Below, piece after piece: positions 39,157 through 48,055 of a stretch of DNA of 64,000 nt. A model generated the notes under the pieces. The model ran no database searches, was not told where the DNA came from, and saw only the letters and a list, made by a program, of their open reading frames with translations. Location of the stretch: IMG/VR virus record IMGVR_UViG_3300027419_000027, positions 16,039 through 80,038 of that record, one strand, 5' to 3'. The number at the start of each line of letters is the position of its first letter. The first letter of the stretch is position 1. The DNA comes from a virus. Lineage: Duplodnaviria > Caudoviricetes. The translations under genes were made by a program, and so were the position numbers.

Positions 39157-39972
39157 CTATACTCCACTACCTATGACTTGTGAATTGTGTTGACGCGACC
39201 AGATCCAATAGGAGGTCGCTGCCGATACCGTCGCCACCGGCCACAGCACTCTTCGCGGCGGCCGGATCAACCCACCAATCCATGGGTCAGGATTGGCAAG
39301 CTGCTGGATTTCAGGAAGTGCAAGGGCTCGGCCGTGGATCAATACGTCAGCAACTTTTCCGCCAGTAAAATCCTGTGTCGCATCATCAGCCCAGTTTCCG
39401 ATTCTCACGCCAGAGAATGGACCTCCACCCGATCTGTCTGTGTTATTCACACCACGTAAAACACCATCCACCCATAACTCTCTATTAGTTGCGGAAGTGC
39501 TTTGAGCGACAATATGCACCCATCTGCCAACCACGCTTACGCCATACTCTATATTCCCACCGACGTCTCGCCAATAATACCGCACTCCATTAGAAAAATT
39601 TGAATCACCGACGTAGATGATCAGATCGTCCGTTCCGTTCACTGTGAAGGCAGCAGGCGTAGCAATTGCTGATGACGCGTACGCCCAAAACGAGATCGCA
39701 TAATTCTGGTTAACGAAATACGAACTTATGTTCGGTAGTTGGATGTACTTCGTGTTTGAGAATCCACCAACAGCGAATCTCCCGATCGTCCCATCGAACC
39801 CCCAATCACTCGACGGGTCCATCCCAGTGAGTGTGCCGTTGTAGCCGTAGACGCTTGAGTCGTGGTAGTACATGCTCCCAACGAAACGAGCCGGAGCTAT
39901 CCAGGCACATACCAATTCATTGGCAAGCTGGTGCCCGTAGCTCAGTCGAGGATATTCAGGCCGAATCTGCAT
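39157..39972 (-). CDS. LamG/concanavalin-A-like lectin domain protein
   Basis: AISFW, GRWVHIV, ELWVDG, IGNW, DVLIHGRAL. Confidence 0.8.
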   Translation of the reverse strand: MQIRPEYPRLSYGHQLANELVCAWIAPARFVGSMYYHDSSVYGYNGTLTGMDPSSDWGFDGTIGRFAVGGFSNTKYIQLPNISSYFVNQNYAISFWAYASSAIATPAAFTVNGTDDLIIYVGDSNFSNGVRYYWRDVGGNIEYGVSVVGRWVHIVAQSTSATNRELWVDGVLRGVNNTDRSGGGPFSGVRIGNWADDATQDFTGGKVADVLIHGRALALPEIQQLANPDPWIGGLIRPPRRVLWPVATVSAATSYWIWSRQHNSQVIGSGV

Positions 39973-39973
39973 G

Positions 39974-40489
39974 TTAGGAAGCCGCTACGTTGCGGTAAAC
40001 ACCCTTAGTTGTGATCTGATTTCCGCCAGCCGCAGCTAGATGATCGTTTGTGTTGTGGGTGACGAACAGGCAGCACTTCGCCGGACACACACCTCCGAAC
40101 AGATTGGCAATCGAGAACGGCCCAAAGTAGTAGACCTTGTTTTCCACGTCGTCGCAGGTGATGTTTGCACCTTGCTTCGCGTGGTTGCGAATCACGCTTG
40201 CGTCCACTGTTTCCGCCGATGCCGTTCCGTCAAATGGTGCAGGCCAATTGGTATCGTCCAGCATTCCAATCACATAGATTCGGATGCTGCTGTTCAGTAA
40301 GACCGCCGTGTCACCAACAGTGATCTTTCCCGAGACGAAAATGTCCTCGTACAGATTGCTGCTGTTGTCGATAATTGGAGACTCCCAGCCATCTGTCCAA
40401 GTGGCGGAAGTGGCTAGGCCGTCCAACCCCGAGTCTACCCCCATATTGGCTGATGCGGCCCACACTAATTTGCAATCGCCTACGGCCAT
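39974..40489 (-). CDS. Hypothetical beta-rich tail-associated protein
   Basis: AAGGA SD, tail operon. Confidence 0.55.
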   Translation of the reverse strand: MAVGDCKLVWAASANMGVDSGLDGLATSATWTDGWESPIIDNSSNLYEDIFVSGKITVGDTAVLLNSSIRIYVIGMLDDTNWPAPFDGTASAETVDASVIRNHAKQGANITCDDVENKVYYFGPFSIANLFGGVCPAKCCLFVTHNTNDHLAAAGGNQITTKGVYRNVAAS

Positions 40490-40537
40490 AGTGTCATCCT
40501 TTCAAAATCCTCGAATAACTTCCCTGTCCGCCGACCA

Positions 40538-40810
40538 TCAGCACCGATGGAGCAAGGTTTTCACTTCATGCACTTTATCTTCGCCGCCACGCTTCCGGAC
40601 AAACACAATCTTCTCGACGCCCATCGCCCGAAACCGCTCCACAATCGCTCGCCAGATCGAAGGCGTCATCTGTTTCGTTACCCCCAGGATTTCCACTCGG
40701 CTTGGATCCAGGAATCTGCATGTCGCACACCACTCGTACGAGTCGCCGTAGGTCTTGCCGTCCGCGAAAACACGGACGATTCCACACAGCGGCTCGAAGT
40801 GCGCGTTCAT
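40538..40810 (-). CDS. Hypothetical protein
   Basis: AAGGAG SD. Confidence 0.55.
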   Translation of the reverse strand: MNAHFEPLCGIVRVFADGKTYGDSYEWCATCRFLDPSRVEILGVTKQMTPSIWRAIVERFRAMGVEKIVFVRKRGGEDKVHEVKTLLHRC

Positions 40811-40813
40811 GCT

Positions 40814-41092
40814 TTACTCCTTTAAGCGGTCTAGGATGTCATCGAGACGTAGCATCATGTTTCGCTGCCCGGCCACAATCTCTTTCTCCATGGCGTCCTG
40901 GCGCGTCTCCACACGGCCGACTCTCTCGGCAGTGTTGCTCGACATATTCATGGCTGTGCCGACCCCGCCCAACATGAGCAAGAAGAAGCCCCCCAGGAAA
41001 ATCAGCGTCCAGAGCGTACTTCCATGTCTCTCGCGGCATCGCGCGTGCGTCACGAATTCACTGTCTCCATTCGAGCTCGGTCGTGCGTTCAT
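40814..41092 (-). CDS. Single-TM membrane protein (holin-like candidate)
   Basis: TLWTLIFLGGFFLLMLGGVGTAM followed by a coiled C-terminus. Confidence 0.5.
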   Translation of the reverse strand: MNARPSSNGDSEFVTHARCRERHGSTLWTLIFLGGFFLLMLGGVGTAMNMSSNTAERVGRVETRQDAMEKEIVAGQRNMMLRLDDILDRLKE

Positions 41093-41124
41093 CAACTTGC
41101 CCTTCTTGCTCACAGATTCCATAA

Positions 41125-41721
41125 TCAATCAGCCACGATAATCACAGCGAAGTACACGCCCCGCCTCGATCTTGCCAGCCCGTCCCCGAATCGCTTGTGT
41201 GGTGTTGCGACAACCCGCCAGTGTCCCGCTGATTGCCGCCAGTCGTGGAATGCCTCGCGGGCGATGTCGTCGCCTTCTCCCGGTCTCTCCATCGCCGACA
41301 CCTCCACACCGGCCATTCCGAGCTTCCGCCGAATCTCTGCATGGCGTTGGTTCCAGCCGGGGTGCCCGTCCCATCTGTAGCCTCGCTCTCCGCGCCGAGC
41401 CATCGCGTCTGCCGCCTCTTGAGCCAACTGCACCAGCAACGGGTCGCGGACGCCATCGTGGAACCGAACTCCTGGGTAGAGTCGCGCTGCGGAAACCAGA
41501 GGTGAGTCGTCCGCGGCCTGTGCGGGGAGGATGAAGAGCAGGAGGAGGATGAGCGCTGTTGGGAGCATGGATACGTTGATCACTGTTTGCCGAATACCTC
41601 TGTACGGCTCATCAAATTCGGTGGCATCTTCATCGCAATCACGCATTTCCAACTCCTCCATTACGGTTGCGTATCCGTCACCGAACTTCTGAATCGTAAG
41701 CCAACTATCTATCGTCGTCAT
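41125..41721 (-). CDS. Secreted CAP/SCP-domain protein (true start uncertain)
   Basis: Signal-like LILLLLFILPAQA; DWRQSAGHW CAP signature. Confidence 0.65.
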   Translation of the reverse strand: MTTIDSWLTIQKFGDGYATVMEELEMRDCDEDATEFDEPYRGIRQTVINVSMLPTALILLLLFILPAQAADDSPLVSAARLYPGVRFHDGVRDPLLVQLAQEAADAMARRGERGYRWDGHPGWNQRHAEIRRKLGMAGVEVSAMERPGEGDDIAREAFHDWRQSAGHWRVVATPHKRFGDGLARSRRGVYFAVIIVAD

Positions 41722-41748
41722 AGTCCTAGGTCCGTTGTGGTTCTCAGT

Positions 41749-42552
41749 CTACGCGGCCACGGCGGTCAGGCTGGAGCAAATCCCGATCATCTCGTCAGGG
41801 ATCGCCCGATCGCCAGTCAACTCGATCAGGTCATCCTCATCGTGCGAATTCCGCTCGATCACTCGGAGGTTGTTCTTCTGGCTCTCGTCCCACTCGACTC
41901 CGACAACACTCGTGGCGTGTCCCCACCAGTTATGAGCGTTGTAAATCGTGGTCCCGGTCTTTAGGATCGAAATCATGTACTGGATTCGGGACGCGATGGA
42001 ATCGTTCGGCGTGTCCCACGTGTCGCCAAGAACGGACTGGAGTGCGTTTTCCTCCCAGCCATCCTTGAACGTCTTGGGGCTCCGGCTGTGCGGGTTAGGG
42101 GTGTATTCCATCTCGCACAGCCCGTACTTTCGGAAGCCAGCCACGGCGTCTTCGAGATAGTTTCCGGCATTCTGCCAGTTGACGATTCGGCCGAGGCTGA
42201 CAGGCGAGAGCAGCTTGACCGGCTTGCCCTCGATTGCTTGGGCCGTCATGAATGCCCCCGCGAGCGACCAGATCCAGCAGTAATTGAGCCCGTTCTGATT
42301 CCAGCGAAAGCCGGCCGGGGCCCACGTCGCCTGCTGGTGATACATGGGGAAGATTTTTCGCTCGTGGCACCACGCGATTACTTCCTTGTAATCCTTCGGG
42401 TCGATGAGATTGTCAGGGTACGCTTCTCCGAACGGGATCAGGTTTGGCGCGTACCCGTACAGCGTTCGGCGGGGAATAACACCCGGCTCTGCGAACGAAT
42501 GACGAGCGGCGACTGGTAGCGGACGATCAGCGTCGATTATGATTCGGCTCAT
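41749..42552 (-). CDS. Papain-like (clan CA, C1-like) cysteine peptidase
   Basis: QNGLNYCW (Q-x5-C), WWGHATSVVG, ERNSH triad. Confidence 0.8.
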   Translation of the reverse strand: MSRIIIDADRPLPVAARHSFAEPGVIPRRTLYGYAPNLIPFGEAYPDNLIDPKDYKEVIAWCHERKIFPMYHQQATWAPAGFRWNQNGLNYCWIWSLAGAFMTAQAIEGKPVKLLSPVSLGRIVNWQNAGNYLEDAVAGFRKYGLCEMEYTPNPHSRSPKTFKDGWEENALQSVLGDTWDTPNDSIASRIQYMISILKTGTTIYNAHNWWGHATSVVGVEWDESQKNNLRVIERNSHDEDDLIELTGDRAIPDEMIGICSSLTAVAA

Positions 42553-43418
42553 TGCTGCGCCTCCAGTAGCTTGTAGAACGCGGCCTCGTCGGCCGGCATC
42601 GGGAAATCGCGAATATCCCCGCCATCAATCGGTGCGATCGCCAGGCGGGGCAGCGAATCGCCCTTTACGGCGCCCCACCAAGGAGCCAAGTCGGACTTGA
42701 CCGCAAGGTACGGCCGGCAAGTCACGCCGTTGCAGGTCGAGCGAGTCTCCATGACGGAATTGCGATCGTAGCGGCCCATGAACCGGTGCCCGGAGGCATC
42801 AAGCGACTGGCGAAACGTGAGGCTTGAGACTAACTCGATTTGTCCGGCGGACAGATCGTCAGCGTCGGTCGATTCAAGGAAGAACATCACCTGCCATTTC
42901 GCTGTAGGATTCGGCGGGGGAGGGTCCGGAGGGTTCGGTGGATTCGGAGGCAACGGAGGGTTTACGTTGCCCTCCACCACAACCATGTGTTCGACGAACT
43001 GGTTGGTCTGGTAGTTCCAATCGACAATCACGCGGTACTCGCCCGGCTGCCCGGCAGGAAAATGAACCTGGGGCCGCATCGTAGCTCCGCCGGCGGAGAA
43101 TACAATCGTGCCCTCGACATCAAGTGGGACCGCCGGCTGCCCGGGCATCAGGACGTGGGCCGTCATGGCGTTTTCGCCCATAAGCCAATCGAGCTGCGTC
43201 GTCAGGGGCTGCGTGAGGTCAAGTGCCGGCGTGCCAACGAGATAGATCGTGACCGTGCTCCCGCTCGAGGCCTTGTCGGGGCCCGACAGATCGACCGCGC
43301 CCTGTACGGCAGAGGCGGCGCTTGCCGGCGTTGCGTGCACTACGATTGACGGTTCTTGCGATGGGCACGGCTGCCAGAGTGCGGCAGCCAGTGCGAGTGA
43401 GAGGAGTATGTTTTTCAT
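42549..43418 (-). CDS. Exported protein: signal peptide, Ig-like domain, Pro linker, thioredoxin-like C-terminal domain
   Basis: MKNILLSLALAAALW, PPLPPNPPNPPDPPPPNP linker, SLPRLAIAP...PMP. Confidence 0.55.
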   Translation of the reverse strand: MKNILLSLALAAALWQPCPSQEPSIVVHATPASAASAVQGAVDLSGPDKASSGSTVTIYLVGTPALDLTQPLTTQLDWLMGENAMTAHVLMPGQPAVPLDVEGTIVFSAGGATMRPQVHFPAGQPGEYRVIVDWNYQTNQFVEHMVVVEGNVNPPLPPNPPNPPDPPPPNPTAKWQVMFFLESTDADDLSAGQIELVSSLTFRQSLDASGHRFMGRYDRNSVMETRSTCNGVTCRPYLAVKSDLAPWWGAVKGDSLPRLAIAPIDGGDIRDFPMPADEAAFYKLLEAQQ

Positions 43419-43488
43419 TGGATGAGTCCTAAAGGTGCCGGCCGACGCATCCGATCGGCTACGCCGGCCGGCGGACCGGGGAGGTGGA

Positions 43489-43860
43489 TCACGCCGCTGT
43501 CTTCAGCTCGTCCCACGCCTGAGCCAGCAAGCCTTCGCCGGCTGTCTTTTTGGACGTGGCCTTGACTTCCTCGATAATCGCATCCTTCGCGGCGAACGAC
43601 ATCAGCATCGTTTGAAACACTCCCCATTCATGCTCGCGGCGAACATCCCACAGCAGGTCAGCGATGTGCCGGCGAAGCCGGTTCTCGTGTGCCGCGGACG
43701 GGTTCGCGCAGGCGGCGACGAAGCCGGCTTGCGTTTCGGAGCACTGCTCCATAAACAACTGAAGCGCTTCCATGAGAATTGGAAGCAGCAACATGAACCA
43801 GCTACCAACCTTCTCGTTCCTCGACGCTCCCAACAAAATCGTTTCGACTGCACTACTCAT
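43489..43860 (-). CDS. Hypothetical protein with hydrophobic helix
   Basis: ATGA-coupled; WFMLLLPILMEALQLF. Confidence 0.55.
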   Translation of the reverse strand: MSSAVETILLGASRNEKVGSWFMLLLPILMEALQLFMEQCSETQAGFVAACANPSAAHENRLRRHIADLLWDVRREHEWGVFQTMLMSFAAKDAIIEEVKATSKKTAGEGLLAQAWDELKTAA

Positions 43861-44105
43861 GGTTTGGTTTCCTCCCTTGGGTCAATTCGGAACGTAAACG
43901 GTAATTTCCAGCCCCACTTCTCCAATACGGAATCAATGAGCGGTATACCAGTCGGCTTGACGCCGATCTCGATGTTCACCCCATCGGACAAGTCCTCGAT
44001 CAATACCTTGATCAGGCCGGTCGCTTGATCTGCCTTGTTCAGGGTCTGGTGCGAGTGTGACTCCAGCCCGTCCAGCCTCTGTCGTAGTCGTCTCAGTCCC
44101 ATCAT
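43857..44105 (-). CDS. Hypothetical protein
   Basis: Coupled to the downstream gene. Confidence 0.55.
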   Translation of the reverse strand: MMGLRRLRQRLDGLESHSHQTLNKADQATGLIKVLIEDLSDGVNIEIGVKPTGIPLIDSVLEKWGWKLPFTFRIDPREETKP

Positions 44106-44607
44106 CCACCGCCTTTACTGTTGGTTTGCCGTACTTTGCTTGGAGCTTATTCAGGCACGATGCACAGAGCACGTTCTGTCTTCCACCCTGAATCGTCATC
44201 AGGCACTTGCCTGCCCCGACTGGATTGTTGCAGTGACCGTTCGGCAACAAAAAGATGTGGCCGTACTCGTGGAGGAAGAGACTCTTCCAAATCTTGGGAT
44301 CTTTCCATTGGGCGTCCGTCTTCCACACCTTGCGGCTGTAGGTGACGTAGATGGAATTCCCGCGGACCTGTCCCCATACCGCCGAGGAACTAGTCGGACG
44401 GACGTAAATGTTCGGCCGGCTCGACCCAGTCCAGGTGATGTTCGCGAATTTGCTCCACTCTTTCTGCGCGTCCCGGCGCCCCTGGTCCAGAGCAGACCAC
44501 GCTCCCACGTAGTAGCGTTCCATGCCGGATTGGTATCCGACGCTGAAGTTTCGAGCCTCGGCGGTGGAAGTGATTAGGAACAGGATGCAAAACAGTCGAA
44601 CAATCAT
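43933..44607 (-). CDS. Secreted zinc metallopeptidase (metzincin-like)
   Basis: Signal peptide MIVRLFCILFLITSTAEA, LFLHEYGHIFLLPNGH, Met-turn CLMT. The last 173 bp overlap the next gene. Confidence 0.7.
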   Translation of the reverse strand: MIVRLFCILFLITSTAEARNFSVGYQSGMERYYVGAWSALDQGRRDAQKEWSKFANITWTGSSRPNIYVRPTSSSAVWGQVRGNSIYVTYSRKVWKTDAQWKDPKIWKSLFLHEYGHIFLLPNGHCNNPVGAGKCLMTIQGGRQNVLCASCLNKLQAKYGKPTVKAVDDGTETTTTEAGRAGVTLAPDPEQGRSSDRPDQGIDRGLVRWGEHRDRRQADWYTAH

Positions 44608-44609
44608 GC

Positions 44610-44762
44610 TTATTGCAGCCACCAAATGAGGATGTTTCCAACGATGAATCCGATAACAATTCCAACCACATCGCCAGTGAACCGCCACAGACGCATTGGT
44701 TTGTTTTCCGGCTTCGATAGCCAGTCATCCAGCCACTTGTCAATATCGGTGCGTTGGCTCAT
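44610..44762 (-). CDS. 50-aa single-TM protein (not in ORF track)
   Basis: MSQRTDIDKWLDDWLSKPENKPMRLWRFTGDVVGIVIGFIVGNILIWWLQ*, GGAGG SD. Confidence 0.6.
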   Translation of the reverse strand: MSQRTDIDKWLDDWLSKPENKPMRLWRFTGDVVGIVIGFIVGNILIWWLQ

Positions 44763-44778
44763 CGCTTCCTCCGTTGAA

Positions 44779-45261
44779 TCATGCTGCTTGTGCCTTAAAA
44801 CGAGGTCCCGCCAAACGCACCCAGAGCCAGATATGGTTGGCCTTGGCTTCCTTCGCCCCGTTAGCTCGGCAGGCGTCGTGCAGGTCCAGATGAGCTATCG
44901 GAGAATCAACCGGGTACGGTGGCGTGCACTCCCAATCATGAACAACGAACGCTGGGAGACAGTCGGGTTGGTCTGGCGGGTAGAGCCACCAGAACAGGAA
45001 TGGCACAGACCCCCCATCGAAAATGAACCCGCGTTTGACCAGGATTCTACGGCGAATTCCGTTCTCGTCCGGTGCCGTGAAGTACAGGATGTCTTCCAAC
45101 AGCAGGTACTGCGGAATCTTCACCCACGGGAACAGCAGGCCCCAGATACCGGGTAGCGGCTTGCCGGCCATGTGCCTGAGACAAACATCCTGGAAGAGCA
45201 GCGGCTGCTCTGACACGGTGTCCGCGAAATAGCCGTATGGGTACTCGGTCTGATGGATCAT
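44779..45261 (-). CDS. DUF1353-family protein
   Basis: GFIFDGGSVP...W...PAFVVHDW...VRLAG signature. Confidence 0.8.
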   Translation of the reverse strand: MIHQTEYPYGYFADTVSEQPLLFQDVCLRHMAGKPLPGIWGLLFPWVKIPQYLLLEDILYFTAPDENGIRRRILVKRGFIFDGGSVPFLFWWLYPPDQPDCLPAFVVHDWECTPPYPVDSPIAHLDLHDACRANGAKEAKANHIWLWVRLAGPRFKAQAA

Positions 45262-45452
45262 TCCGCCAATCCCCCGTTCAGGAGGTCGCGGAGCAGAAGC
45301 AGCTCACGGCGGATGAGGACAGGGTCGCCGTCAGAGCGAGCGGAGTCGAGCAGATGTGCACGCTCAGAGGCAAGGCGTGCGATGTCATCGAGCGAGAGAA
45401 TCTCCTCGCGGTGTGGATGGGGAATCAGCGGATCTTTACGTTGGCCTCCCAT
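45258..45452 (-). CDS. Hypothetical protein
   Basis: Coupled to the DUF1353 gene; GAGG upstream. Confidence 0.45.
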   Translation of the reverse strand: MGGQRKDPLIPHPHREEILSLDDIARLASERAHLLDSARSDGDPVLIRRELLLLRDLLNGGLAE

Positions 45453-45552
45453 CGGTCAATTATCCGCCTCGTGGTTAGGCGGTGCCACCCAAAAGAAATA
45501 GGGACGGCAACGCGGGGCGTCGTAGACACACCGCAAAGCCATCCCACGAAAT

Positions 45553-45580
45553 AGTGTAGCCGAGGTGGATTATTTGTCAA
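45553..45580 (-). promoter_or_regulatory. Putative sigma70 promoter for the leftward lysis/tail block
   Basis: Minus strand TTGACA-N16-TACACT. Confidence 0.45.
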
Positions 45581-45749
45581 CAGCGGAAACAGTCGTCACG
45601 ACCCCTCTCCCTTTCATGCACTTCTCGCAGTAAGGCCCATGCCCGTTGATCCACCACCACCCCAGATGATAGCCGATGCACTTGTAGCTGGTGTGGCACT
45701 TGACACATTCGGTCCACTCTGACTCTGCGTAGGTAACGTCAATTCCCAT
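45570..45749 (-). CDS. 59-aa Zn-finger-like protein (not in ORF track)
   Basis: MGIDVTYAESEWTECVKCH...YCEKCMK, GGAGG SD. Confidence 0.6.
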   Translation of the reverse strand: MGIDVTYAESEWTECVKCHTSYKCIGYHLGWWWINGHGPYCEKCMKGRGVVTTVSAVDK

Positions 45750-45772
45750 CGGATCGTTTCCTCCTCCTCAAA

Positions 45773-45828
45773 CAGCAGGCGCGGCGGCTACCGGGGGATG
45801 GTCGGTGTGTCGCGCCGCCGGCCTGCTG
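45773..45828. terminator. Long GC-rich intergenic stem-loop
   Basis: CAGCAGGC/GCCTGCTG plus CGGCGGC/GCCGCCG. Confidence 0.5.
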
Positions 45829-45836
45829 AGTGGTTG

Positions 45837-46025
45837 TTACTGTTCTGCAGCCTGCTTCAGTCGTATAGACAACTCCACAACACATAGCACACCGTCCACG
45901 TCAGCTAGGACAGCCATATTGCACGGTCCCAAGTCTGGTCGCATAACCGGGTCCGACAGTGCCGTTACTCCAGGATAGATTTCATGCCCCTTTATGGGCG
46001 GCAGCCTGAGTTCGCCTGTGATCAT
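45837..46025 (-). CDS. Hypothetical protein
   Basis: Early-region packing; AAGGA SD. Confidence 0.5.
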   Translation of the reverse strand: MITGELRLPPIKGHEIYPGVTALSDPVMRPDLGPCNMAVLADVDGVLCVVELSIRLKQAAEQ

Positions 46026-46029
46026 CGTC

Positions 46030-46344
46030 TCATTCCTTGCTCGCTTTCGTAGTAATCGCCACATCCAGCAGGTCGAGGTCGGCCAGAATTCGGCGCTCCT
46101 GTGCGCGATACCGATCGAGCTCCGCCTTTAGACGATCGATCAGCACGTTCACCCGGTCGTTGTCCTCCAGCAGCCTCCGAATCGTCGCCGCTCGGCCGTT
46201 AGATTTTGCACCAAGACGCTTGATCTCTATAAAATCTAACGCCTCTCCTCTCCGCAATCGGCTAACCTGTTGGCACATCGCAGTCGGTCCCAGGTGATCT
46301 CGCCACGCCACTCCGCACGCCGGGCATTTGGGTTCGTCACTCAT
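46030..46344 (-). CDS. Hypothetical protein (CxxC plus coiled coil)
   Basis: MSDEPKCPACG. Confidence 0.55.
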   Translation of the reverse strand: MSDEPKCPACGVAWRDHLGPTAMCQQVSRLRRGEALDFIEIKRLGAKSNGRAATIRRLLEDNDRVNVLIDRLKAELDRYRAQERRILADLDLLDVAITTKASKE

Positions 46345-46600
46345 GCGTCGCCTCAATAGCTTTTGCTAGGATAGCTCGGAACATCTGTAACGCCTCGACT
46401 TTTGCTTGGTCGATGTCTTTTGATTCCAGTGGTTGGCAGTCGCAAATTCCATGGCATGAACACAACCACACGTCGGGCTTGAAGTAAATGTGCCGATGCA
46501 CAGACAGACGGAATTGACCGATCCTCGCATCCCATACGCGCGGTGTTCTGTCCTTCTCGCCCCGAGAGTAACTCGTTACATTCTTCCATTCAACGCTCAT
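46337..46600 (-). CDS. Hypothetical protein
   Basis: AGGAG SD, coupled. Confidence 0.55.
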   Translation of the reverse strand: MSVEWKNVTSYSRGEKDRTPRVWDARIGQFRLSVHRHIYFKPDVWLCSCHGICDCQPLESKDIDQAKVEALQMFRAILAKAIEATHE

Positions 46601-46797
46601 GTCGTCTCCTTCAGCCAGGGCCACTCGATTGATCGTCTGAATTCCACCAGAGACGCGTATTCGCGTTCACACGTCTTCACTTGCTTCGTCACCAGATCCA
46701 CGGTCCACGGCCGAACTCCGCAGTCCCAAAGCCACTGGTAGGCGTCTCGTTCGGCGCGTGTGAATTTGGCTGGCAGTTCGTCGCGTCGGTCAGTCAT
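46597..46797 (-). CDS. Hypothetical protein
   Basis: Start reassigned to MTDRRD. Confidence 0.5.
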   Translation of the reverse strand: MTDRRDELPAKFTRAERDAYQWLWDCGVRPWTVDLVTKQVKTCEREYASLVEFRRSIEWPWLKETT

Positions 46798-46942
46798 CGC
46801 TCGGTTCCTCGTACGCGTCGTCGATTTCGTCGTCAGCAACCTTGCCGCAAACGCTGCACGTCCATGTTGTCCATCCAGGTTCTTTTTTAACGAAACACTC
46901 GGTGACTTCCATGCAATGCGGACAGAATACCATTTCACCCAT
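46790..46942 (-). CDS. 50-aa Zn-ribbon protein (not in ORF track)
   Basis: MGEMVFCPHC...WTCSVCG. Confidence 0.6.
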   Translation of the reverse strand: MGEMVFCPHCMEVTECFVKKEPGWTTWTCSVCGKVADDEIDDAYEEPSDD

Positions 46943-47216
46943 CGCTCGGTTCCTCCCCTCTCGATCGAATCATCGCGTCAATTGCGTTGTAAAGGTTCTG
47001 GTCGCCGTTGTTGTCAACCATCCCATCCCACACGTCGTCGGGAATTTGCTCACAGATTCGGCCCCAGAGCCAGTCTGTTCCCAGCCATTCCAGCGCGTCC
47101 CACACGCGTTCGCCGAGCCATTGCTCGTGCAGGCTCCAGGGATCCTCTGATAAGTCGTACCACTCGGAAACCGGGTGGCTCGCGATGCAGATGTAGGATG
47201 TTGATTCGAGTGTCAT
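46935..47216 (-). CDS. Hypothetical acidic Trp-rich protein
   Basis: ATGA overlap with the dam stop. Confidence 0.55.
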   Translation of the reverse strand: MTLESTSYICIASHPVSEWYDLSEDPWSLHEQWLGERVWDALEWLGTDWLWGRICEQIPDDVWDGMVDNNGDQNLYNAIDAMIRSRGEEPSDG

Positions 47217-48022
47217 GTCGGTTCCTCCTCGTAATTCATCCAGACGCACTCAGTCTTCCGCTGCTTTTCTTTGGCGCCGCTTGCGTTGTTCGGCAGATCG
47301 AATTCCACACATCGCCAGCCGTACCATTCGTACAATTCCGAACGATACCCTGACAACTGAAATGTCCCCTTAATCTCACTCAATACCTTCAAAAGCCGCT
47401 TGTGCTGATCGCGGTCCATTTCGTACTGGTAAGCGTCAGTCGTTGAGCGCGTCTCATGCAGATAAGGCGGATCGAGGTAGAAATGGGTGTTAGGTCCGTC
47501 CTGTTGCTGGATCACGTCCAAGGCGTCGGTGTTCAGGATCACAACCCGCTTGAGTCGCTCGTGGGCCTCTGGAAGCCCCTCAATTGCCGATAGCCATGAC
47601 GAGACCTGCTCGTTCATCCCGCGGCGAGTGCGATTGCGGGAGAGGGTTGCAAAGTCCTTGCCGAGGCCCTGGCGGGACTGACGGTAGCGGATGAAGAATC
47701 GTGCAGCCTCTATCCCGACAGACGACGCCTGAATACCAGAGTCTTCCCATTCAACTTGCGAAAACGGAACAGCCTCTATGAACCGACAAAACTCCTGAAA
47801 CCAATGGTCATGTTGCAACGCCGTCCAGAACGTCGTCAACTCACGATTGATGTCGTTGACAGCCTCACTGACGCCCTCTGGATTCTTGGCGAACAGTACC
47901 GCCCCGCCGCCGAAGTACGGCTCGACGTAGTGGACATGCTTCGGCATCAGAGCAATGATCCGCTCGGCCAGGTAATGCTTCCCTCCGTGCCATTTAAGCG
48001 GGAGTGATGGTTTCGTTTTCAT
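47213..48022 (-). CDS. dam: DNA adenine methyltransferase (D12/Dam class)
   Basis: LKWHGGK, YVEPYFGGGAV, NDIN, FYLDPPY. Confidence 0.9.
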   Translation of the reverse strand: MKTKPSLPLKWHGGKHYLAERIIALMPKHVHYVEPYFGGGAVLFAKNPEGVSEAVNDINRELTTFWTALQHDHWFQEFCRFIEAVPFSQVEWEDSGIQASSVGIEAARFFIRYRQSRQGLGKDFATLSRNRTRRGMNEQVSSWLSAIEGLPEAHERLKRVVILNTDALDVIQQQDGPNTHFYLDPPYLHETRSTTDAYQYEMDRDQHKRLLKVLSEIKGTFQLSGYRSELYEWYGWRCVEFDLPNNASGAKEKQRKTECVWMNYEEEPT

Positions 48023-48055
48023 ATCAGGTTACCTATCCTTTCCTTTGTGTCCTCG

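Noticed and set aside
43933-44105. 173-bp overlap of the metallopeptidase C-terminus with the next gene as a programmed frameshift
   Set aside because: No slippery heptamer seen. The tail is low-information and is more simply a lost stop or sequence error.
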